From contig JBGSTX010000243.1 in the NCBI GenBank assembly GCA_041736305.1, positions 1-19,892 on the forward strand: a stretch of 19,892 nt of DNA, in the 5' to 3' direction. The notes beneath the pieces are model-generated. The model was not told the DNA's origin, searched no databases, and saw only the letters and a program-made list of their open reading frames with translations. Each line of letters opens with the position of its first letter. Position 1 is the first letter of the stretch. The stretch comes from Oligoflexus sp. Lineage in GTDB: Bacteria > Bdellovibrionota_B > Oligoflexia > Oligoflexales > Oligoflexaceae. Below are positions 1 through 7,052 of the stretch, in pieces. The position numbers and the translations under genes were made by a program.

Positions 1-57
1 GATTTAAGACGAAAGGCAAAGTCCATCGAACAGGATCACGATCACGCACAGGGCTAA
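1..57 (+). CDS. Possible 3' end of an upstream CDS (…DLRRKAKSIEQDHDHAQG*)
   Basis: Frame +1 is open from base 1 to TAA at 55-57, encodes a hydrophilic His-containing tail, and is followed by AT-rich intergenic sequence. Too short to identify. Confidence 0.35.
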   Translation, partial: DLRRKAKSIEQDHDHAQG

Positions 58-83
58 GGCTAGGTACAGGGCAAAGGCTAGGT
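48..83. repeat. 18-bp tandem duplication with 1 mismatch
   Basis: ACAGGGCTAAGGCTAGGT (48-65) followed by ACAGGGCAAAGGCTAGGT (66-83). Confidence 0.8.
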
Positions 84-244
84 TTATTTAGCCTATGGCC
101 GACGCCGTAGGTGAGGCCCAAAAGCCCAGGTAAGTGCATAAAACTATAATAATAAAAACAATTCTTACCAAAAGGCTAAAGAGAAATTCAAATCTTCCGA
201 AAAGGTAAATAGGCATACGGCAAATTTATCTTTGAGGAAGACCC

Positions 245-1186
245 ATGCAGCTCATTTCGGCGAATTTTATTCGGGCTCTAGTTAGTATTTCAGCCATTTC
301 TCTGGCATTAGTCTCATGTTCCGGTGCAGAAAAAGCCAGTGGAGGCATAGAGGCAGGAAACACAGCTCCCGTGAAAAGCGGAACGCAGGATGGCAAAGAA
401 AAATCTGATTCTGAGCCACAAGCCGCGGCCGACGGTGGCAAGGAAGGTCAAAAGACGCAAAAGCCAGTCGTCGCAACGCTCAGCGATGCTGAAATCGTCG
501 CTAAAATGGAAATGGTTCCATTTATCCTCAATAATAGGACAGGGAAGCTATTCACCGGATTCAGCCCGGGCCCAAATTTTGTATTTACCAGCGTGGTCGT
601 TGTAGCTGCCGACGGCATCATTCCTAAGGACATTCAGGCAACTATAAGCCCACCAGATTCCGATCGCATTTACAGCAGTATTGACTTTCAGAAAAAAGCC
701 GCGGCTTTGAAATCCAAACTTACTCTTACTGTAGATCCAGCTTTCTTTTCAGTAGAAGAATTGCCCGCAGCCGAAGTTAGCTCCAATCCTAATGAGCCTG
801 TCCGCGTTTTCTTTATTACTTCGCTCAAAGCTGGCGCAAGCAATATCGACCTGAGTTTGGAAGGAAAAAAGATTTCACTTGCCGCTACCATTGCTCCCTA
901 TACGGTGCAGCAACTTACCGATGGTAGTGCGCGCTATACCACAGCGGTAGCTGGCGCAACTCCTTCGCCTTCTTGCCAATCTTGTCATGGAGCGCAGGGC
1001 GGGGCCAACCATTCTCCGACTTACCTGTCTCAATTCGGAGACGCAGCCATCTTGTCGACTATAGAGACAGGAAAGAATTCAGAAGATGGCTATATGACCC
1101 AGATTGCTCACAAAATGACCTTTGCAACACCTGCCCAGAGAGCCGGTATCGTAGCTTTTCTACGCTCACTTCCCCCGTCGCCCTGA
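245..1186 (+). CDS. Lipoprotein with C-terminal monoheme c-type cytochrome domain
   Basis: SD-like GAGGA upstream. Lipobox LALVS-C25, low-complexity linker, beta-rich middle domain, CxxCH (CQSCH, nt 974-988), distal H/M in IAHKM and a class I-like terminal helix AGIVAFLRSL. Confidence 0.8.
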   Translation: MQLISANFIRALVSISAISLALVSCSGAEKASGGIEAGNTAPVKSGTQDGKEKSDSEPQAAADGGKEGQKTQKPVVATLSDAEIVAKMEMVPFILNNRTGKLFTGFSPGPNFVFTSVVVVAADGIIPKDIQATISPPDSDRIYSSIDFQKKAAALKSKLTLTVDPAFFSVEELPAAEVSSNPNEPVRVFFITSLKAGASNIDLSLEGKKISLAATIAPYTVQQLTDGSARYTTAVAGATPSPSCQSCHGAQGGANHSPTYLSQFGDAAILSTIETGKNSEDGYMTQIAHKMTFATPAQRAGIVAFLRSLPPSP

Positions 1187-1215
1187 TTAGGCAACGCTAA
1201 GCAGTCCTCTCTATG

Positions 1216-1247
1216 AGGAGATCCTACTGCGGTAGGATTTCCTTTTT
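1216..1247 (+). terminator. Rho-independent terminator after the cytochrome gene
   Basis: Stem AGGAGATCCTAC-tgcg-GTAGGATTTCCT (one G-U pair) followed by TTTT. Confidence 0.7.
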
Positions 1248-1360
1248 GCGCGATACGACAGCGTTTAAGAAGGGGGAGGACATCACCTAACCCGATTGCA
1301 TACAATTGCTGGCCATGCTTCTCAAATTCTTCTAAAAGCTATAAAGGAGAAAAACTAAGC

Positions 1361-1393
1361 ATGACTCAGCTCTCGTGCCATCAAGACCTATGA
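1361..1393 (+). other. Candidate 10-aa leader ORF (MTQLSCHQDL*) whose TGA overlaps the ktrB ATG (ATGA)
   Basis: SD AAGGAG at 1344-1349, ATG at 1361, TGA at 1391-1393 overlapping the ktrB-frame ATG at 1390-1392. Confidence 0.4.
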
Positions 1394-3423
1394 ATACGAT
1401 CGCGAAATTTAACCCTCAGCGACTGGGCAGTTTCATCAGCATCGGTTTTCTCTTCGCGTCCATTTTAGGAAGCATAGACTATACGAAGGGCCTCTTTTCG
1501 GTAGCGCATCGGCAGGTCTTCGACGCCGGCCTCCTGCTCTTCTATCTGCTCGGGATCGCCCTGCTGACGAGCTCAAAAGAGCGAATAGGGCGCTACCTCG
1601 TCACTTTGGTGTTCACAGGCTACGGCGTCCTCCTCTTCAAGCACTTCATGGCCGTACCCTCTCAGGTTTTTCTCCTCATAATTGCCTTTATTCTCGCACT
1701 TTTCTTCCTGTTTCGTCTCGATCGTGACTACTTTTTACACGCCTGCGGTTTGCACAGCTTCTACCTGCAACTTCTGGCTACGATGTCTCTAGGGGTAATC
1801 CTCAATTGGTTCTATATTTTCCACTGGGCTAGCGATCTGACTTCGGCTTCCCTAAGCTCGCTCGCATTAGGCTTTGGCCTTATTCTGCTTCTCCTCAGCA
1901 TCTACCAACGAAAGCTGCTTACGAGCGAAAGACGCCGGCTTTTCGGCCTCCTCGGAGGGGCCTGCCTGCTCAGTGGCTTCGAGGCTATCAGGTATCCAGG
2001 ACTCTGGCTTCATGAACTAGCCCATTGCAGTATTTATTTTGCCCTCAGCATCTTGCTTGGGATACTTCCCTGGCGGGAATGGAGAAGCCGTTTTCACGCT
2101 ACGGTGGAAGCTATATTCTTCCATCCAGAGGGTGCTGTCCTCATCACTTTTCTAGGACTCTGCGGGATAGGAACAGCCCTGCTTAATCTTCCCGGCAGCT
2201 CAGCCAAGGCTACGGGAATTTCTTGGATCGACGCTGCGTTTACAGCCGTCAGTGCAGTCTGCGTAACCGGACTGACTGTGATCGATACCCGTGGTGATTT
2301 AAGCATTTTGGGGCAGGTATTTGTCCTCCTGCTCATACAAGTCGGCGGCCTTGGCATCATGGCGATATCATCACTAGCTCTGCTTTTTGTCGGGAAACGC
2401 TTCAGCCTTCGTCAGGAGACTGCCTTGCAGTCGGTGTTTGGGCAAAAAATCAAAGGCGAGATTGGTAAGCTCGTTAAAAAGATCGTTGGTCTGACGCTCA
2501 CGATCGAACTCATCGGCGTAATCGTGCTTACGGCGGCTTTCAAAAACTATGATATGAGTTGGGGGCAGGCTCTATGGAATGGCTTGTTTGCAGCGATCTC
2601 TGCCTTCTGTAACGCTGGATTTTTTCTGCATAGTCAAAGCTTGATGCCCTATAATCGCGATCCCCTGGTCCTCAATGCGGTGGCGATTCTCGTTATCTTA
2701 GGCGGTCTCTCTCCCGCCTATATATTTGCATTAATACAGCTAAAAAGCAGTGCCGTGCGGTCTTTGCAGTTTCGCTTCGTGACCTATTCGACGCTTGGGC
2801 TGCTGGCTTTTGGGACCATTATGATCCTTATATTAGAATGGAACCATACCCTAGAAGCGATGCCCGTACTGCATAAGATTAACAATGCCTGGTTTCACTC
2901 TGTCATCGCTCGCACGGCAGGTTTCAATTCCGTTGATGTGACCCAGTGGAGTGCGGCGAGCAAGCTCGTTATCCTAGCTCTCATGGTTATCGGTGGAAGC
3001 CCGGGAGGAACCGCTGGCGGGATTAAAACCACATCTTTTATGGTGATGATCTTTACCATCATCAGCGTCGCTAAGGGACGTCGGCACGTGGAGGCTTTTT
3101 CACGTCGCATTCCTCAGGAGACTGTCCTAAGAGCCACGACAGTGACTATAGCTGGTTTAGCCAGCACATTCGTTCTCTTTCTGGCCCTACTTCTTACCCA
3201 AAACGCCGACCCCTTTAGCTTGCTATTCGAAGTGGTTTCGGCCCTCGGTACGGTCGGACTCACAGTTGGAGCCTCCAGCCAGCTTAACGATATCGGTAAA
3301 ATTCTGATTATGGCAGGCATGTTTCTAGGTCGCGTCGGGCCACTCTCAGTATTTTTATTCTTAGGCTATCATGCCGAAAAGCAGATCTGGTCTGTCCCCG
3401 AAGAAGACGTCGTCGTCACATGA
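1375..3423 (+). CDS. ktrB: Ktr/Trk K+ uptake membrane subunit (KtrB/TrkH family) with ~250-aa N-terminal membrane extension; start may be ATG 1390
   Basis: Four pore-loop glycine motifs: SAVCVTGL, SAFCNAGF, ARTAGF, SALGTVGL. Also IGGSPGGTAGGIKTT and MFLGRVGPL. Followed by ktrA. Confidence 0.93.
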   Translation: MPSRPMNTIAKFNPQRLGSFISIGFLFASILGSIDYTKGLFSVAHRQVFDAGLLLFYLLGIALLTSSKERIGRYLVTLVFTGYGVLLFKHFMAVPSQVFLLIIAFILALFFLFRLDRDYFLHACGLHSFYLQLLATMSLGVILNWFYIFHWASDLTSASLSSLALGFGLILLLLSIYQRKLLTSERRRLFGLLGGACLLSGFEAIRYPGLWLHELAHCSIYFALSILLGILPWREWRSRFHATVEAIFFHPEGAVLITFLGLCGIGTALLNLPGSSAKATGISWIDAAFTAVSAVCVTGLTVIDTRGDLSILGQVFVLLLIQVGGLGIMAISSLALLFVGKRFSLRQETALQSVFGQKIKGEIGKLVKKIVGLTLTIELIGVIVLTAAFKNYDMSWGQALWNGLFAAISAFCNAGFFLHSQSLMPYNRDPLVLNAVAILVILGGLSPAYIFALIQLKSSAVRSLQFRFVTYSTLGLLAFGTIMILILEWNHTLEAMPVLHKINNAWFHSVIARTAGFNSVDVTQWSAASKLVILALMVIGGSPGGTAGGIKTTSFMVMIFTIISVAKGRRHVEAFSRRIPQETVLRATTVTIAGLASTFVLFLALLLTQNADPFSLLFEVVSALGTVGLTVGASSQLNDIGKILIMAGMFLGRVGPLSVFLFLGYHAEKQIWSVPEEDVVVT

Positions 3424-3454
3424 TAGCCCTGTTAACTCTCAGCGAGTCATCAAA

Positions 3455-4111
3455 ATGAAAAAGCAGATTATCGTCATCGGACTTGGTCAGTTTGGAATGG
3501 GGCTCGTTCGGGCCCTCTCCAAGAAACATGCTGAAGTCATTGCGGTCGACGTGGACCAGTCCAAGATTCAAGCCGCTTCAGCCTATGTTTCTCAGGCACT
3601 CCGCGTGGATGCTACCGACGAGGAAGCACTAGCTCAGCTCCGACCAGCCGACCGCGATGTTTGCATCTGCGCGACTGGTGACCAATCCAAAGAAGCTGCT
3701 ATTATTTGCACAGCTCTCTTGAAGCAAATGGGTGCCAAGCGCGTCATAGCCCGGGCTAATGACGAGCTGCATTCGCGGATTTTGCGTTTAGTAGGAGCCG
3801 ACGAGGTTATTAATCCTGAATGGGACTTTGGGGAACGCTTTGCCAATCGAGTGATTCATGAAGATATCCTCGAGGAAATGCTCCTAGGCCCAGATCTGGT
3901 CGTCACCGAGTTCAAGGTTCCAGAGATTTTCATCAATAAGTCTATCATCGAACTTGAGCTTCGCCAGCGCTACGGTATCACAGTCGTAGCGGTCCGCAGC
4001 GCTAGCACAGGAGCCGTGCAGCTGGCTCAACCTCAGGAGGTACTCCGGAAAGGGGATATTCTGATCGTCGTGTCGATGACCGGCAACGTATCTAAACTTT
4101 TGAATCGCTAG
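3455..4111 (+). CDS. ktrA: Ktr/Trk K+ uptake regulatory RCK subunit (KtrA/TrkA family)
   Basis: Starts MKKQIIVIGLGQFG (GxGxxG Rossmann motif), has GADEVINPE and a C-terminal RCK_C (ELELRQRYGITVVAV…LRKGDILIV). ATG 3455 is preferred over 3371, which lies inside ktrB. Confidence 0.93.
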   Translation: MKKQIIVIGLGQFGMGLVRALSKKHAEVIAVDVDQSKIQAASAYVSQALRVDATDEEALAQLRPADRDVCICATGDQSKEAAIICTALLKQMGAKRVIARANDELHSRILRLVGADEVINPEWDFGERFANRVIHEDILEEMLLGPDLVVTEFKVPEIFINKSIIELELRQRYGITVVAVRSASTGAVQLAQPQEVLRKGDILIVVSMTGNVSKLLNR

Positions 4112-4122
4112 GAGTCGCCGAG

Positions 4123-4791
4123 ATGAATGTCCAGCGCAACTTCAAAGCCGGATTCGTCAGTATACTCGCCCTCTTTACCCTGCTCTGCTTTGCTTCTATC
4201 GTCACTGTCGAGCAGGCGGCACCGCAAAAACTCAAGTTCTTTGCCGCCCATATGCAGGTTCAAGAATCTTTGCAAAAAATCCTGCTGATACTCAGTGCTC
4301 TTGACGGGCGAGGGCCAGTTGAACGGCAGAGTTCGTTTGCAGAAGAGTTGACTCATTTACGCAAAAATGTGGAAGACAAGGATCAGGCAGAGTCGGCAGC
4401 CCTCGACGTCCTGGAGCAGCACTATCCCGCTGCAACGCTCGGTGACCCGGTGGCCCGGCTGCAGATTCTGCGTGCAATCGAAGAAATTAGTCAGCGCCAA
4501 GGGCTGGCTTTTCAAAAAGCAAGTGAAGAGATTCGTCTGAGTTCGGTTAGCAGCGGTTGGGCCCTAGCTTTCCTGGGTATCGTCGGTTTCCTCACAGCCC
4601 TCACTATCCTCTCCCGCTTCAAGAGCAGAATCCTCGATCCCCTGACGGAAGTCATCAGCGTGATCGAAGACTGGAATAGCGGCAACCGCATGCGGCGCTT
4701 CAATCGCCAGCAGGCGGCCCCTGAGCTGCGAAGTTCGGTCGAGATATTGAACGATATCCTCGATCACGCTCAGGTCACCCGAAGCCGTTAG
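4123..4791 (+). CDS. Two-TM membrane protein with extracytoplasmic helical domain and C-terminal HAMP-like domain, no output domain
   Basis: SD AGGAG overlaps the ktrA stop. TM1 is GFVSILALFTLLCFASIV and TM2 is GWALAFLGIVGFLTALTIL. HAMP-like segment: ILDPLTEVISVIEDWNSGN…ELRSSVEILNDILD. Confidence 0.7.
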   Translation: MNVQRNFKAGFVSILALFTLLCFASIVTVEQAAPQKLKFFAAHMQVQESLQKILLILSALDGRGPVERQSSFAEELTHLRKNVEDKDQAESAALDVLEQHYPAATLGDPVARLQILRAIEEISQRQGLAFQKASEEIRLSSVSSGWALAFLGIVGFLTALTILSRFKSRILDPLTEVISVIEDWNSGNRMRRFNRQQAAPELRSSVEILNDILDHAQVTRSR

Positions 4792-4793
4792 AA

Positions 4794-5066
4794 CTAGCGA
4801 TCAGCTAACTCTCTGCCACAAGTGGCCGGCTTATCGAACTGAGGACCCTTTACCAGACAAGCTGAGCTAGAAGCTTCTTTTGGGCTCGATTCAGAGTTAA
4901 AGAGATCACTGTCAGTTTGGCAGATTCCTTCTTTGCATTCACCTTCACAGCAGGAAAGGAAGCCGGAGCAGAGTTCGCCGGCTGGGGTACATACCCTTGC
5001 TTCGGCAATTGAACTGAAGCTAAACATCAAGAGAACTAGAGGACTTAGGCTGAGAGAGCGAAACAT
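4794..5066 (-). CDS. Small secreted Cys-rich protein with inhibitor-cystine-knot (C-C-CC-C-C) motif
   Basis: Signal peptide ending AEA, then CTPAGELCSGFLSCCEGECKEGIC (C-x6-C-x5-CC-x3-C-x4-C). SD-like AAGGA upstream. Confidence 0.75.
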   Translation of the reverse strand: MFRSLSLSPLVLLMFSFSSIAEARVCTPAGELCSGFLSCCEGECKEGICQTDSDLFNSESSPKEASSSACLVKGPQFDKPATCGRELADR

Positions 5067-5279
5067 TTTGAAATTCCTTCCTTATCAGTCTTATGGAAAT
5101 CCCACAAAGCATTGCTGGATGAGCCTTCTAGCCTTTTTATAGCCGAGTTTCAACTCGCAAGAATTTGTGCAGTTTCTTACTTGATACACACACTTTTCCC
5201 GACTTGACTCCCTAGCTACCTACCGCATGATGAAGATGTCTTTATCGTTTGTTTATCTGAAATTTTTAGGGGGTCACTT

Positions 5280-5693
5280 ATGTTAAGAGAAAAAATTCTT
5301 AGGCCTAAGCTCCTACTGTTCGCCTTGCTAGGACTTGGTTTGAGTTCAAGTCTTTGGGCTCAGGGTTTTGGCGAATGCTATCAACTGCAATGGGGTTATG
5401 AATATAATTATAGGACAGGAGAAGGCCAGTCCTTTGATCCGACAATGCTTCCTGAAGGCAGCGCAGACGAAGACCTACAAACGCGAGATGCCTACGTCTG
5501 GTACTGTCAGGCGAAACCACTCTACGCCCCCACTTGGGACGTGGCAGGGAGTGGTACACGCTTTCACTCGTATAAAGCGTATCGGCTCGATGCTCAGGAT
5601 CAAGCCACCTTTCGCTGCGAGCGTTATGCCTCGCGCTGTACCTACCGCTGTGCGCTTGCGTCTAAATCCTGCGCGCCACATTTCTGGCCCTGA
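5280..5693 (+). CDS. Secreted hypothetical protein, 6 Cys
   Basis: Signal peptide (…LLLFALLGLGLSSSLWA/QG) and SD-like AGGGGG. C-terminal WYC…FRCERYASRCTYRCALASKSC. Confidence 0.7.
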   Translation: MLREKILRPKLLLFALLGLGLSSSLWAQGFGECYQLQWGYEYNYRTGEGQSFDPTMLPEGSADEDLQTRDAYVWYCQAKPLYAPTWDVAGSGTRFHSYKAYRLDAQDQATFRCERYASRCTYRCALASKSCAPHFWP

Positions 5694-5712
5694 ACCAAGC
5701 TAAGACAGGAGA

Positions 5713-5753
5713 TTGAGCCAAGCCCATCCCATCCTGGGGGAGCTTGGCCTCAA
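5713..5753. terminator. Long imperfect hairpin between convergent genes (possible bidirectional terminator or stabiliser)
   Basis: TTGAGCCAAGC…CCCA-tcc-TGGG…GCTTGGCCTCAA lies between the stops at 5693 (+) and 5766 (-). No U-tract. Confidence 0.45.
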
Positions 5754-5765
5754 GAGTGCCTGCGT

Positions 5766-6083
5766 TTACCAGCGACCATATCCATAGCAGTTTTGTGGGG
5801 GATAGTAATGATGGGGATAATGGTGATCGTCGCTATAAGGATTGCCGAGGATATAAGGGTAGCTGGCTCCGTCTCGATGCTCTGAATAATCATAGTAATA
5901 GCAGTGATGTGAGTAGTCTATACCCGTGCTGCTGTCCTGGTTCCGTTCTACTTGATTATCGTCCTGCTGAGCTGATGCAGAAGCTGAAGCGTCGTTTGAA
6001 AGTGCTGGAGTCGCCATGACTACGACTGAACCTGCGAGATAGCAGGCAAAAGCAAAAGCAAAAGCAAAGCTTAATTTTTTCAT
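5766..6083 (-). CDS. Small secreted protein with Tyr/His-rich C-terminal half
   Basis: SD AAGGAG 7 nt upstream and signal peptide MKKLSFAFAFAFACYLAGSVVVMA. The last 50 aa contain 13 Tyr, 7 His and 2 Cys. Confidence 0.75.
   Translation of the reverse strand: MKKLSFAFAFAFACYLAGSVVVMATPALSNDASASASAQQDDNQVERNQDSSTGIDYSHHCYYYDYSEHRDGASYPYILGNPYSDDHHYPHHYYPPQNCYGYGRW
6046..6068. repeat. Hexanucleotide tandem repeat (GCAAAA) x~3.8 encoding FAFAFAFA in the signal peptide
   Basis: GCAAAAGCAAAAGCAAAAGCAAA. Confidence 0.8.
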
Positions 6084-6215
6084 CGTGCATCTCCTTGGTA
6101 TAAGTTTAGCCTCCTTAATGAAAAAAAGGCCTTTTTACTATACTTATGAATAGAGCTGCTGTGTATCCGGGTAAGTATGTGTGCGGGGAGGATTCCGTAA
6201 TTTTTCTGCTTTAGG

Positions 6216-6252
6216 AATCGAGGTAGAGCGATCGGCTCGCTCTACCTCGATT
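6216..6252. repeat. Perfect 16-bp inverted repeat (hairpin) just 3' of the DUF4142-like gene
   Basis: AATCGAGGTAGAGCGA-tcggc-TCGCTCTACCTCGATT. Confidence 0.85.
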
Positions 6253-6260
6253 GGAGAGTT

Positions 6261-6878
6261 TCAATCAGCTCGAGAAATAAGCTCAGCCATGCGAATATGT
6301 TTTCTCACTGAGAAGTCTATGATCTCAGCAAGCTGGCGAAGTTCAGGCGCATTGCGCTGCTCTTTCATAGCTTTCAGAATCAGCAGAGTCCGAGCATGCC
6401 GAACTTTCGATTGCTGGAGTACAATCCCTGGAAATTGTTCAGAAGGAGTGGTTTCTAGGGCGGCGATTTCGGTGTTTTCACTGGCCTTCAGCTGCTGTGC
6501 TGCCTGAACCAGCTGATCCATTGTAACTTTAGAGTACTTTTGCTCCATCAAATCGCGGAGTAAATCGAAGACCTGAAGATGGTCTGCCACGAGAGTTTTA
6601 CCGTAGACCTTTGCGGCTTTAGTGCGAGCTTTTTCCAAAATTACTGCGCCGAATCGAATTTCAGCCGCATTCGCGATAACGAGCTGCTGCAGAAGACTGA
6701 CTTGCTGGTCGACATCTCCCGCAAGGGCCACTGACTGCTCAGTATTGCCCTCGACCACATCTGCAGTCTGTTCAGGGCTGGTGAGTTTACTCGTCTCGTC
6801 GGCTTGAGCTCCAAAAGACAAGGTGCTGAGGGTAAGCAAGAGAGCTAGGCAGGTCTTTGGTCCACTATGCTTCATCAT
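6261..6878 (-). CDS. Secreted DUF4142-like (ferritin-like four-helix) protein
   Basis: SD AGAGGA before MMKHSG (ATG 6878, preferred to 7010). Signal peptide …LSFGAQA. Pattern ANAAEIRFG…LEKA…KVYGKTLVADH…H…ELRQLA…KHIRMA is typical of DUF4142. Confidence 0.65.
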   Translation of the reverse strand: MMKHSGPKTCLALLLTLSTLSFGAQADETSKLTSPEQTADVVEGNTEQSVALAGDVDQQVSLLQQLVIANAAEIRFGAVILEKARTKAAKVYGKTLVADHLQVFDLLRDLMEQKYSKVTMDQLVQAAQQLKASENTEIAALETTPSEQFPGIVLQQSKVRHARTLLILKAMKEQRNAPELRQLAEIIDFSVRKHIRMAELISRAD

Positions 6879-7052
6879 ATTCAATCCTCTTTTTTTCATG
6901 GGTAAAATGAAAGGACATCTTTTATCTGAAACAAGATCACGTGCTCCCGTTTCATTGAGTTCACTTGTAGAGGAGTTTATTTCAAAAAAAAAGTGGACCG
7001 GATTGCTCATAGCTACCGGGATGTTGCGAAGATAGTCTGTAAGACAAAGCGT

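Noticed and set aside
10-110. c-di-GMP-I riboswitch-like words (GGCAAA, CACGCACAGGGC, CTAAGG, CTATGGC)
   Set aside because: No GAAA tetraloop stem and no GACGCAAAGC junction. The region is better explained as a CDS end plus a tandem duplication. An Rfam scan would settle it.
88-216. 42-aa hydrophobic minus-strand ORF (MPIYLFGRFEFLFSLLVRIVFIIIVLC…), and another minus-strand ATG at 139 running off the left edge
   Set aside because: Neither has an SD. The hydrophobicity is expected from a T-rich intergenic strand.
1250-1345. c-di-AMP (ydaO) riboswitch upstream of ktrB
   Set aside because: Only isolated GGGGGA and AACCCG words are present. The conserved core and pairing are not.
3371-3454. N-terminal extension of KtrA in the ORF track
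   Set aside because: It overlaps the ktrB 3' end. The family N-terminus starts at MKKQIIVIG (3455).
6879-7010. N-terminal extension of the DUF4142-like ORF
   Set aside because: The SD and signal peptide point to ATG 6878. The upstream part looks like AT-rich promoter sequence.
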